From Desulfatiglandales bacterium (lineage in GTDB: Bacteria > Desulfobacterota > DSM-4660 > Desulfatiglandales > Desulfatiglandaceae), in contig OY759599.1 in assembly GCA_963662465.1 (NCBI GenBank), forward strand, positions 6,528,001-6,592,000: a stretch of 64,000 nt of DNA. Direction: 5' to 3'. Below the pieces are notes generated by a model. The model saw nothing but the letters and a program-made list of their open reading frames with translations. It did not search any database and had not been told where the DNA came from. A program made the position numbers and the translations under genes. Positions 40,895 through 50,353 of this stretch are shown piece after piece (position 1 is the first letter of the stretch; each line of letters begins with the position of its first letter).

Positions 40895-41404
40895 TTACCG
40901 ATTGCCCCGAACCGGCAGGGCCCGAGGAGAGTTTTTTTCCAAAGACTGATCTCGCCAGTCTTTTGGACCATGGTCAAAATGAAAAAAAGTTTCCACTTCG
41001 GTAATGCCGTTCCATGACCAGACGGGGCAGCAGGTTAAATGAATCAATTGGGTGATGTGGCAACACCCCCCGCACCCTTCAGAAAGGGGGGATGTATTAT
41101 TGATTTGGGGATTATAGATATCGGTCAGATCTTCTGTTGAGGGCATTCGCCAGTCCGTATAGCCGCCGCCCCGATAATCCGCACAGTAGGTTTTCGCCTC
41201 ATCCCAGCTGATGGGGCCGCCATTGTCTGTTGCCGCCCACATGAGACCTGTGGTCAGGTCTTTGACCGTTCCATTGTTATAGGCCACAAATCTCTCCGAC
41301 CGACCGATTTCTGTTACCCCGGAATTGACTGAAACTGTGGAATGGGTCGTGGAACACGCCGTGGACAGGATGATCAAAAAACTCAATGTCAGCCATTTTC
41401 TCAT
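40895..41404 (-). CDS. DUF1566 (Lcl C-terminal-like) lipoprotein
   Basis: Lipobox STAC; NGTVKDLTTGLMW, W..A..YC and DWRMP motifs. Confidence 0.8.
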   Translation of the reverse strand: MRKWLTLSFLIILSTACSTTHSTVSVNSGVTEIGRSERFVAYNNGTVKDLTTGLMWAATDNGGPISWDEAKTYCADYRGGGYTDWRMPSTEDLTDIYNPQINNTSPLSEGCGGCCHITQLIHLTCCPVWSWNGITEVETFFHFDHGPKDWRDQSLEKNSPRALPVRGNR

Positions 41405-41430
41405 AATTTTCTCCTGAAGAAGCGCGGAAG

Positions 41431-42162
41431 CTATTTTTGAATCGGGAGGTTCAATGGTTTTTGAACGTACCCTTCGGGAATTTTGAACAGGTCCTTACTC
41501 AGGGAGGTCTTCTCAATTTTTTGAAGGGTTGTGGTGGTGGTCATCCCCATGACGCTGCTGACCGTCTTTACGGGAAATCCTTTCCCGGAAAGACTTCCCG
41601 AGAGTCCCATCTTTTTGAATTGGGGAGAATCCCGCATGATCTTTTGGCTGATCTTTTCGTACTCGCCGTAACCCACCACATCCCTGGACAACCATTGCTC
41701 ATTTTCAACACCCATCACGGTCATGATATATTTCTCGCATTTGAACCCGTTGATGGTTTCCGTTTCTCCCGTTGCCGTGACGTTTACATCCTCATCCACT
41801 TCATTTGCCAGGGGGCCCATGGATGCTTCCACTTCCGACATCTTTATTTTAACATAGGTTTTGGTGGAGAGATCAAGCTGGTACAGGGTCATGTCGTCAA
41901 ACAGAATGAGGGTGATATCGTCCTGAGTATCAATGCGGCTGGCATTGGGCGTCAGATAATTCTTAACGGTCTCTTGTTTGCTCTGGTACTGGGCCATGAT
42001 TTGCTGTTTCACCTGTTCCGGCAGACCTTCGGGCAGGTTTTCCGGCACACCGCCGCTCACCACCAACGATTCCCAGTAAAGATCCCCATAGGCTATGGGA
42101 GAAAAGAGCAAAAACAATACCATCACCGGCAACAGGCAGCGTATCCATTTCTTGATTTTCAT
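41431..42162 (-). CDS. DUF4412-like exported protein
   Basis: Signal peptide; TGETETINGFKCEKY and LFKIPEGY. Confidence 0.75.
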   Translation of the reverse strand: MKIKKWIRCLLPVMVLFLLFSPIAYGDLYWESLVVSGGVPENLPEGLPEQVKQQIMAQYQSKQETVKNYLTPNASRIDTQDDITLILFDDMTLYQLDLSTKTYVKIKMSEVEASMGPLANEVDEDVNVTATGETETINGFKCEKYIMTVMGVENEQWLSRDVVGYGEYEKISQKIMRDSPQFKKMGLSGSLSGKGFPVKTVSSVMGMTTTTTLQKIEKTSLSKDLFKIPEGYVQKPLNLPIQK

Positions 42163-42343
42163 GTAAATTCCCCTTTCATCAAAAGTATTTCGTTCATATT
42201 ATCATCTTAAATGATAAGGTCAAGTATTCTTGTCAATGGTTGTCATTCTTGACATCCCGGCGTGGTTCTCATATAGGTAACCTGTCGGAAAACAGTATTT
42301 TTCGCGAGTGATCCGGATATCCGGATATTAAAGGAACACGAAA

Positions 42344-44140
42344 ATGAAAGAGATACGCAACTTCAGTATCATTGCTCACATCGATCACGGAAAATCCACT
42401 CTGGCGGATCGGCTGATTCAAGCCACGGGTCTAGTGGAAGCACGGGATTTTCGGGATCAACTCCTGGACAACATGGATATTGAAAGGGAGCGCGGCATTA
42501 CCATCAAAAGCCAGGCCATCACCCTGCCCTACGTGGACGGAAAGGGCCGGGAATATGCACTGAACCTCATTGACACCCCTGGGCACGTGGATTTTTCTTA
42601 CGAAGTTTCCCGGGCCCTGGCATCCTGCGAGGGGGTCCTGCTCCTGGTGGATGCGGCCCAGGGCGTGGAAGCCCAAACCATGGCCAATTTATACGCCGCC
42701 ATGGAGCATGACCTGGAAATCATTCCCGTTATCAATAAAATCGACCTTCCATCGGCCGACATTGAACGTACCAAAGAGCAGATTGAAATGGATCTGGGGC
42801 TGGATTCGGATCAGGCGATCCTCTGTTCCGCCAAGGAGGGAACGGGTATCGACGATATCCTGGCGGCCATTGTGGCGTTGGTCCCCCCTCCCGTGGGCAG
42901 TGAGGAAGATCCCCTGCAGGCCCTCATATTTGATGCCCATTACGATCCCTTTCGCGGCACCATCGTCAGTTGTAGGATTTTTTCAGGGAGTGTTCGTCCG
43001 GGCGATACCATTCGGCTCATGTACAATAACGCCTTGTACCGGGTGGAAGAAGTGGGGCTTTTTCGCCTGGCACGGGAGCCGAAGGCGTCCCTTTCAGCCG
43101 GCGAGGTGGGGTATATTATCAGCGGCATTAAAACCGTCAGCGACACGCGAATCGGGGACACCATCACCCTGAAAAACAATCCGGCGCCGGCGCCGCTCCC
43201 GGGATTTAAGGAAGTCAAACCGGTGGTGTTTGCATCCATATACCCCATGGCATCCGATGAATACCGCTCTCTGGTGGAGGCCCTGGAAAAATACAAATTG
43301 AATGATGCTGCCCTGACCTTTCAAAAAGATTCCTCCGCCGCCCTGGGGCTGGGGTTTCGCTGCGGTTTCCTGGGACTGTTGCACCTGGAGATTGTGCAGG
43401 AACGTCTCGAGCGGGAGTTTGACCAGTCCCTCATCATGACCTCCCCCACCGTGCAATACCGGTTTGTGCTCACCAACGGCGAGGAAATCACCGTGGACAA
43501 CCCCGTTTATTATCCGGATCCCGCTACCATTTCAAAGGCCTTTGAACCTTACATCCGGGCCAGCATCATGATTCCCGAACGATACATGGGGTCTGTCATG
43601 GAACTCTGCCTGGAACGGCGGGGAACCAATTCGCAATTCAACTATCCTTCCACGGGACGGATCGAAATTCAATTTGACCTGCCGCTGGCCGAGGTTATTT
43701 ACGATTTTTACGACAAACTCAAGACCGTAACCCAGGGGTATGGATCATTTGATTACGACCTTCTGGATTATCGGGAAAGCGACCTGGTTAAACTGGATAT
43801 CCTTTTAAACGGTGAAAAGGTGGATGCACTGTGCCAGATTGTGTTCAAGGATGGCGCACGGGCACGAGCGCTGAACGCCTGCAATCGGTTGAAAGAAGAA
43901 ATCCCCAGGCATATGTTCAAAATTGCCATTCAGGGGGCCATCGGCGGTACGGTCATTGCGCGGTCAACGGTCAACGCCTTTCGAAAGGATGTTACGGCCA
44001 AGTGTTACGGGGGGGATATTTCCCGGAAAAGAAAACTCCTTGAAAAACAGAAAAAAGGGAAAAAGCGGATGAAGATGGTGGGTTCCGTGACGGTTCCCCA
44101 GAGCGCCTTTATTGCCGTTTTGAAATCCGAAGATAAATAA
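42344..44140 (+). CDS. lepA: Translation elongation factor 4
   Basis: IRNFSIIAHIDHGKSTLADR, GFRCGFLGLLH and KCYGGDISRKRKLLEKQK. Confidence 0.98.
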   Translation: MKEIRNFSIIAHIDHGKSTLADRLIQATGLVEARDFRDQLLDNMDIERERGITIKSQAITLPYVDGKGREYALNLIDTPGHVDFSYEVSRALASCEGVLLLVDAAQGVEAQTMANLYAAMEHDLEIIPVINKIDLPSADIERTKEQIEMDLGLDSDQAILCSAKEGTGIDDILAAIVALVPPPVGSEEDPLQALIFDAHYDPFRGTIVSCRIFSGSVRPGDTIRLMYNNALYRVEEVGLFRLAREPKASLSAGEVGYIISGIKTVSDTRIGDTITLKNNPAPAPLPGFKEVKPVVFASIYPMASDEYRSLVEALEKYKLNDAALTFQKDSSAALGLGFRCGFLGLLHLEIVQERLEREFDQSLIMTSPTVQYRFVLTNGEEITVDNPVYYPDPATISKAFEPYIRASIMIPERYMGSVMELCLERRGTNSQFNYPSTGRIEIQFDLPLAEVIYDFYDKLKTVTQGYGSFDYDLLDYRESDLVKLDILLNGEKVDALCQIVFKDGARARALNACNRLKEEIPRHMFKIAIQGAIGGTVIARSTVNAFRKDVTAKCYGGDISRKRKLLEKQKKGKKRMKMVGSVTVPQSAFIAVLKSEDK

Positions 44141-44204
44141 CGAAGTGAAGAGTGTCAAATATGGCTCATCTGTTACTTTTCACTCTTCACTCAATAAATA
44201 ACGA

Positions 44205-45317
44205 ATGCTTCCCGGTTTATATATCCATGTCCCATTTTGCCGTAGCAAATGCCCCTACTGCGGTTTTTATTCCATTCCTTCAAGGGCGCCCATTGACGGC
44301 TGGCTGGATGGACTGAAAAGAGAAATCCTTTACACCAAAGATCGCTTTGCCGGGTTTGACAGTCTTTATCTGGGCGGCGGGACCCCTACTTTTTTGAGTA
44401 CGCGGGTACTCGAAAAGGTGATGGCCCACCTTTTTGGCCATTTTCGTCTGACGTCCGACGCTGAAATCACCATTGAGGCAAACCCAAATGATATCACCCT
44501 CAACAAGGCCAATGCCCTCAAAGCGCTGGGGTTCAATCGCATCAACCTTGGCGTTCAGTCTTTTAACGACGATGTTCTTAGGTTGCTGGGCCGGGGGCAT
44601 TCAGCCGCAAATGCCCAAGAGGCCATAGGGCATTTGCGGTCCGCGGGCTTTGAAAATATCGGGCTGGACTTCATCTATGGATTGAAAGCACAATCCATGA
44701 AAGAATGGGTAAACACCCTCTACAAAGCCTTGGCATTTCAACCGGAACACCTCTCCTGCTACCAGTTGACCCTTGAGAAAGGAACGGTTTTTGACCGGCG
44801 TTCACAGGGCGGGGACATGCTTACCCTGCTGGAAAAGACCGCTTCAGCCCATTTTCTTGCCACATCAAAGTTCCTTGAGAACAAGGGATACAACCATTAT
44901 GAGGTGAGCAATTTTGCCAGGGGTGAAAATTTTGAGGCATACCACAACCGGAAATACTGGCGACATGTGCCGTACCTGGGCCTGGGCCCGTCTGCCCATT
45001 CCTTTGACGGGAAAAAAAGATGGTGGAATGTACGGTCCGTCAAACAGTACCGTGCCGCCCTGGAAGAAGGTCGGTTGCCGGTTGAAGGATGGGAAACGCT
45101 CACAAAAGAACAGCTTCATCTTGAATCCCTGGCCCTGGGCTTCAGGACCGGGAGGGGTGTTGACCTTCAGCTTCTAACCGCCACCCCCGCATCAAAAAAA
45201 ACTCTTTTAATGCTCCGCAAAAGGGGCCTTCTCAAGATTGTTGACGGCAGAGCCGCTCCAACTCGACGGGGTTATCTGATGGCCGATCATCTGCCGCTTT
45301 GTTTCATCTCCTCATGA
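44205..45317 (+). CDS. hemW: Radical SAM heme chaperone HemW
   Basis: LYIHVPFCRSKCPYCGF, GGGTP, HYEVSNF and HN..YW; follows lepA. Confidence 0.88.
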   Translation: MLPGLYIHVPFCRSKCPYCGFYSIPSRAPIDGWLDGLKREILYTKDRFAGFDSLYLGGGTPTFLSTRVLEKVMAHLFGHFRLTSDAEITIEANPNDITLNKANALKALGFNRINLGVQSFNDDVLRLLGRGHSAANAQEAIGHLRSAGFENIGLDFIYGLKAQSMKEWVNTLYKALAFQPEHLSCYQLTLEKGTVFDRRSQGGDMLTLLEKTASAHFLATSKFLENKGYNHYEVSNFARGENFEAYHNRKYWRHVPYLGLGPSAHSFDGKKRWWNVRSVKQYRAALEEGRLPVEGWETLTKEQLHLESLALGFRTGRGVDLQLLTATPASKKTLLMLRKRGLLKIVDGRAAPTRRGYLMADHLPLCFISS

Positions 45318-45429
45318 TGTCGGGGGGAAACAGGTTACATCTTGTTGCCTTTTTTCTTGCTTTTACCTATCATGGCATTGGTTTAGGCTTACACTGTTTT
45401 GATTCCGTTTACTCGGAAAAGGAGGTTTC

Positions 45430-45714
45430 ATGAGGGCTTTTTCTCAGGTAGAAAAAATATTCGAAAAATATGCCGTGTCTGCTGAAGATTTTATTCGTTC
45501 GAGTGTCATTACAAATCTTAGGGAAAAACAACGATTGCTTCAAATGGAACGTTTTGAAATTCTGGCCAGATACCAGGCTTCAGATGCAGAAGAATTAAAC
45601 CATAAGATCGCAGAAGGCATTGCGCCGGAACATCCTGGCTGGGAAGATTTAATTGAAGTTAAAAATATTGAGCAAAACATTAACGAGATAGAAAGTGATA
45701 TCAAAATATTATAA
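45430..45714 (+). CDS. Putative antitoxin partner of the DUF6516 protein
   Basis: GGAGG RBS; small helical acidic protein with EHPGWEDLIE, overlapping the next ORF. Confidence 0.55.
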   Translation: MRAFSQVEKIFEKYAVSAEDFIRSSVITNLREKQRLLQMERFEILARYQASDAEELNHKIAEGIAPEHPGWEDLIEVKNIEQNINEIESDIKIL

Positions 45715-46084
45715 ACGAATAAAAAGAAATGTTGAGCGTAAGTTTTCTGATATTTTGAAGTCTGCCGAATTAATTCAGGGAACAACTGGTCGAATTCGTA
45801 AGCTGCGCCTTTATTTAATTGACAATACTTTTGTAGATATCTGGTATTCACCTGATGGCAGCTATTCATATCACTGGGAGCAACGAAATATCAGAGATGC
45901 TATCTACCGTCATGACAACGCTCCTCATAAAAAATGGCGAAATATCTCAACCTTTCCCAAACATTGTCATGATGGCAACCAGCTAAATGTTGCTGAAAGT
46001 TTTCTGTCAAATGATCCTGAAAGTGCAGTTGAAGAATTTCTTCTACTTGTCAGAAAACAAATGATTGCCTGTATAAGCAGATAG
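45695..46084 (+). CDS. DUF6516 family putative toxin
   Basis: YSYHW...RHDNAPH...TFPKHCH motif. Confidence 0.7.
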   Translation: MISKYYKRIKRNVERKFSDILKSAELIQGTTGRIRKLRLYLIDNTFVDIWYSPDGSYSYHWEQRNIRDAIYRHDNAPHKKWRNISTFPKHCHDGNQLNVAESFLSNDPESAVEEFLLLVRKQMIACISR

Positions 46085-46139
46085 CCCAAATGTTGAATGT
46101 GATGATATGCTGCCAAACCTGGCTGCTAATGGCTAACCT

Positions 46140-47294
46140 CTAGTCGTACAGGCTGGTTCCTTTCAAAACCCCGCAGATTTCAAGCCCGAATTGTTCTCGC
46201 TGCCAGTTTTTAACCTCCGGAATTTCCTTGATGTCCTCGGGAACATGAGGGTTTGAAAGAGCCAGGGTTTTTGCCTGAGCATTGGTGCAGACAATGGCGG
46301 GATCCACTCCCAGTTCACTGCCGCGCCGGTCCCGCCATTCCTTAAGATGTTTCATTCGCTCCCCCACCCTGGGACCAATTGTTTCAGAACTCTTTCGTGG
46401 ATAAACCGGAAGCATTTTTTCAGGCAGCGCCAGAGCGGGACTCACGGCTTTCAGGATGGCGGGGCCGAGTTGATCGATCTGTTTCGCGCTGAAGCCTCTG
46501 ATGCCCTGAAGATCTCCCATCTTGAGAGGTTTCCGCTTTGCCAGCGCCATTATCTGGGAATTGCCCATAACCTTAAACAGGGGGAGATCCCTTCGCCGGG
46601 CCACCTGGTCCCTGAGCTGTAACAGTGCCTCCAAAACGGCCAGTTTTCTGCGCTCCAGTCTTCCGGCGCCGTTGAATTTTAAAAACATAGGGTCATTGTT
46701 CGGCGCCGCACTGCGCACTGTGGTCTGTAGCTGGCACTCCTCTTCCACAAAAGAGAGCCGATCCACTTCACGAAGTTCGGCCATAAGATTTTGTGAAAGG
46801 GAAAGGAGATAGCAGGTATCATGTACCGCATATTGCAGCATGGGCGCCGGCAGGGGCCGTTGGGACCAATCCTTCTTCTGATACTTTTTTTTCACGATAA
46901 TGCTCAGTCTTTCGCTCAGGAGACTGGCCAGGCCGATATCCCTCAGCCCCAGAAAACGTGCGGCAATCTGGGTGTCAAACAGCGCATTGACTTCTATTTT
47001 AAAATCCCTGTACAAGGAACGGATATCATAATCAGCACCATGGAAAATTTTCAATATCTTTGGATTTTTAAAAATCGGCGCCAAAGGGGAAAGGTCTCTT
47101 ACGGCCAGGGGATCCACGAGGATATTACATGACGGGGTGGAAAACTGCAGGAGGCAGACCTTCTCCTGGTAGTGAAACATGGAATCCGCCTCCAGATCCA
47201 CTCCGATAACCGCTTCTTTCTCAAGAATGTTTGCAGTCTTCAACAATGCATCCCCGTTTTCCACATGAAAATAATCCTGTTCATCGCCACTCAT
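46140..47294 (-). CDS. rnd: Ribonuclease D (3'-5' exonuclease + HRDC)
   Basis: VDLE, FHGADYD, FDTQIAA, DWSQRPL and YAVHD motifs, plus HRDC. Confidence 0.88.
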   Translation of the reverse strand: MSGDEQDYFHVENGDALLKTANILEKEAVIGVDLEADSMFHYQEKVCLLQFSTPSCNILVDPLAVRDLSPLAPIFKNPKILKIFHGADYDIRSLYRDFKIEVNALFDTQIAARFLGLRDIGLASLLSERLSIIVKKKYQKKDWSQRPLPAPMLQYAVHDTCYLLSLSQNLMAELREVDRLSFVEEECQLQTTVRSAAPNNDPMFLKFNGAGRLERRKLAVLEALLQLRDQVARRRDLPLFKVMGNSQIMALAKRKPLKMGDLQGIRGFSAKQIDQLGPAILKAVSPALALPEKMLPVYPRKSSETIGPRVGERMKHLKEWRDRRGSELGVDPAIVCTNAQAKTLALSNPHVPEDIKEIPEVKNWQREQFGLEICGVLKGTSLYD

Positions 47295-47430
47295 AAACGT
47301 TCTCCTTCAATAAGTTTTAAGTGGTTGCCCGGAAACGAGAAGTTTTATAACCCCCAACACCTAAAACCTTGACATCACCACTTCCTCCGCCTATTTTACC
47401 GCAATAACAAATGAGATAAAGGAAATTCTT

Positions 47431-48090
47431 ATGGAAATTGTTGAAAACCTCCATTTTTTCTCTTGGAATAACCCATCGGCAAATAATTGCAATACCTATT
47501 TTATTAACGGGAAAAAAAAGATTTTGGTGGATCCGGGTCATTATCATCTCTTCGGCCATGTTCGGGATGAACTTTCCCGACTGGATCTTGCTCCGGAAGA
47601 CATTGAAATGGTTATCATTACCCACGGGCATCCCGACCATATGGAGGGCGTGAGGATATTTGAAAACACCGACGCCCTCATTGCCCTTCATGGAACCGAG
47701 ATGACGTTTATTCAATCGGTGGCGCCCCATTACGGCGAAGCCCTGGGCATTTCAGACTTTGAACCGGATATCCTGCTTGAGGAAGGGGATCTGTCCATTG
47801 GGGACTTGAACTTTCAGGTGATCCACACGCCGGGCCATTCGCCAGGTTCCATCTGCCTTTACTGGCCGGATAAAAAGGCGTTGTTTGTGGGCGACGTGGT
47901 GTTCAATCAGGGCATCGGCAGAACGGATCTTCCTGGCGGAAACGGATCTGAGCTCAAAGAAAGCATCAAACGAATATCACGTCTCGATGTATCTTATCTG
48001 CTGACCGGTCACGGGGATGTGGTATCGGGTCGTGATGCCGTAAAAGAGAATTTTAAGATGATCGAAGACTATTGGTTTGCTTACCTGTAA
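47431..48090 (+). CDS. MBL-fold metallo-hydrolase
   Basis: THGHPDH, HTPGHSPG, GRTDLPGG and TGHG. Confidence 0.9.
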   Translation: MEIVENLHFFSWNNPSANNCNTYFINGKKKILVDPGHYHLFGHVRDELSRLDLAPEDIEMVIITHGHPDHMEGVRIFENTDALIALHGTEMTFIQSVAPHYGEALGISDFEPDILLEEGDLSIGDLNFQVIHTPGHSPGSICLYWPDKKALFVGDVVFNQGIGRTDLPGGNGSELKESIKRISRLDVSYLLTGHGDVVSGRDAVKENFKMIEDYWFAYL

Positions 48091-48107
48091 AAATGCGACA
48101 AAATCCC

Positions 48108-49043
48108 ATGCCATCCATCGATTTTGACCTGCGCCAGCTTGAAGTTTTTCTGAAGGTGGTCGATCTGAAAAGCTTTTCGAAGGCCGCTAAGGCTGTTTTT
48201 CTGGCGCAGGCCTCGGTCAGTGAAAGAATCTCCACCCTTGAAACCATGGTGGGCGTTCGGCTCCTGGATCGGCTTGGGAGGCAGGTTTCGCCCACAAAGG
48301 CGGGGGAACTGCTCTACAAGCATGCGGTCCTGCTTCTGGATATGAAAAAAACAGCATGTCTTGAAATGCAGGAGTTCATGGGAATCAAACGGGGCGACAT
48401 CCACCTGGGCGGCAGCACCATTCCCGGCGAATATATTCTTCCAAAAGTTCTGGGGCTTTTCTGCCGGGAATACCCCCTGGTTTCGATTCAGCTCTCCGTG
48501 GCGGATTCGGTGAGTATTGAAACCGGGGTTTTGGGTGGTTCACTTGAGCTTGGCGTTATTGGAAGCAAAACCGTGCAAAAGGCCCTGATTTGTCATGAAC
48601 TATGGGCGGATGAATTGGTATTGGCCATCCCCGCCAAACACCGATGGGCTGACCTGAAAACAATATCAGTGGAGACGCTTTTTGAAGAACCCTTTATCTT
48701 TCGGGAACGGGGATCAGGGACCTTTAAAATTTTCGATAAATATCTGAGGGCCGCGGGAACAAGGGGATTGATTGACCTTAAAGCGGTCGCCCGTTTTGGA
48801 ACATCCACAGCGGTCAAAGAGGGCATCAAGGCGGGCCTTGGGATTTCCATCCTTTCTTCACGGGCACTGGAAACCGAGCTGACGTGGGGTGTACTTAAAA
48901 CGTTGAAATTGGAAAACCTCACCATGCGCCGCAGCTTTTATTTAATTCGGGACAAAAGACGGGTCTCCTCACCCCTTTGCAGCGCCCTGTGCGATTTTCT
49001 GATGAACACATCAAAGGAGTCTAAATATGAAGAAAAGGGCTGA
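48108..49043 (+). CDS. LysR family regulator (selenium metabolism-associated subfamily-like)
   Basis: LysR HTH (SFSKAA...LAQASVS), GSTIPGEYILP and RERGSGT. Confidence 0.8.
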   Translation: MPSIDFDLRQLEVFLKVVDLKSFSKAAKAVFLAQASVSERISTLETMVGVRLLDRLGRQVSPTKAGELLYKHAVLLLDMKKTACLEMQEFMGIKRGDIHLGGSTIPGEYILPKVLGLFCREYPLVSIQLSVADSVSIETGVLGGSLELGVIGSKTVQKALICHELWADELVLAIPAKHRWADLKTISVETLFEEPFIFRERGSGTFKIFDKYLRAAGTRGLIDLKAVARFGTSTAVKEGIKAGLGISILSSRALETELTWGVLKTLKLENLTMRRSFYLIRDKRRVSSPLCSALCDFLMNTSKESKYEEKG

Positions 49044-49251
49044 TTGGATCGATTACAGGGGCGATTGCTGACGTGCATACCAGGACGTAGCTCTATGTCT
49101 TAGGATATTGCCCAGCGGGGAATCCTTTGGATTCATCCTTGAGCGGGAAAAGCTTGAAAAAATACAAAAAGTAATCCAACACAATGAGGGGAAAGTGGTC
49201 TCTCAGGCGTTTGAAAACGATGCTGTTCGGATGCGGGTCGAGAAAATTTAA
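49027..49251 (+). CDS. Candidate TusA/SirA-like selenoprotein (Cys-Sec, UGA at 49069-49071)
   Basis: AAGGAG RBS; MKKRADWIDYRGDC-UGA-RAYQDVALCLRILPSGESFGFIL...RMRVEKI, 74 aa with readthrough; SECIS-like hairpin after the UGA. Confidence 0.7.
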
Positions 49252-49312
49252 TATGTATTGTCATTTAAGAACGGAAAAAGGGGTATCCATCATTGTTGGT
49301 CTCTGCCTCGTC

Positions 49313-49461
49313 TTGAACACGATTCACAGGATTTAACACGATGAACAGGATTAGAATACGGCGTCCGGACAAGTTCTTTCAGCCCCTTTACACCATTTTG
49401 TTGGTGTTTTATCGGTCAATGGTAATCCTGTCCATCATTTAATCTTTTAAATCGTGTTCAA
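49313..49461. repeat. Intergenic inverted repeat element
   Basis: TTGAACACGATT (49313-49324) / AATCGTGTTCAA (49450-49461), with internal ACAGGATT / AATCCTGT units. Confidence 0.6.
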
Positions 49462-49691
49462 ACATTTTCCGGCATCCCATTGTGTATTTCCTTTCCTATA
49501 TGGTACTTGATGTCGAAGGTTCATGATAAAATCCACCTTTTTGTGGGTGAAGTCGTGGTTCTGTTTGCGTTCTTTTTGTCTTGCAACGGTCTCTCACAAT
49601 GGCCTCATCTTGATGCACGCAGAGCGTGGGAACAACCGCTTTTGTAAATTGCACCGCCTTACGTCCATGATAAACGCCGGAAACACCATTT

Positions 49692-49713
49692 GGGGCGAAA
49701 GATTTTTCGCCCC
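49692..49713. repeat. REP-like palindrome
   Basis: GGGGCGAAA-GATT-TTTCGCCCC. A fragment of the other REP type (CACGCAGAGCGTGGGAAC) lies at about 49616-49633. Confidence 0.55.
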
Positions 49714-50353
49714 TGCAGTTCCAGCCGGCGTTCCAGCAAACGACCACAGGGAAATATGCCTGCAGCGTGAATAAAAAATCAAAATTCAAACAAATGAGAA
49801 ACTGTCCCGCCTTACGTCGATAGCCGTGTTTTTCAATTTTCCGTTTCTATAAAAAATTTTCTTCATTTCCTGGTGAAATCCTGGGAATTTGGTCTTCGAA
49901 AGCGAAATCTGTGAGTTCAAGGCTGGCATATGTAACCTTGCGTTTGATATTTCTAAATTTGTCGCTTTACAAGTGGTTGAAAACCAGTTTAGATCGATAA
50001 AGTGACGCGCGAGACTTATGCACGAATCATTGACCTGAGACGGGATAAGCGAAAACCGAATTGACCACAATATGTTGTGGTGGTAAAATCTTATGGTTTA
50101 GGTCCAGGAACGTGAAGGCAATTTCAGATATGTAAGGGAATATCAACACTTCAGAAACACTGTTTTTTTGGGTATATTCTCAATTTATGTCAGATTTACC
50201 CAATCCTACCGGTTTGATGATATCACACATTTCCATACCACCCTTATTTTCGAATTCCTTCCTAAAGTTTTTTTCTGAACTGCCGATTAATGATTCATGT
50301 ATATCAAAATTCATATTTATTTTCTTTGTTCTAAAATTGTAGGGAGCTGGACC

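Noticed and set aside
42199..42217. Palindrome TTATCAT-N5-ATGATAA between the DUF4412 gene and lepA
   Set aside because: Plausible operator, but a single AT-rich instance with no assignable regulator.
49496..50070. Short ORFs between the selenoprotein candidate and the pentapeptide gene
   Set aside because: They overlap REP fragments and have no RBS or recognisable domain.
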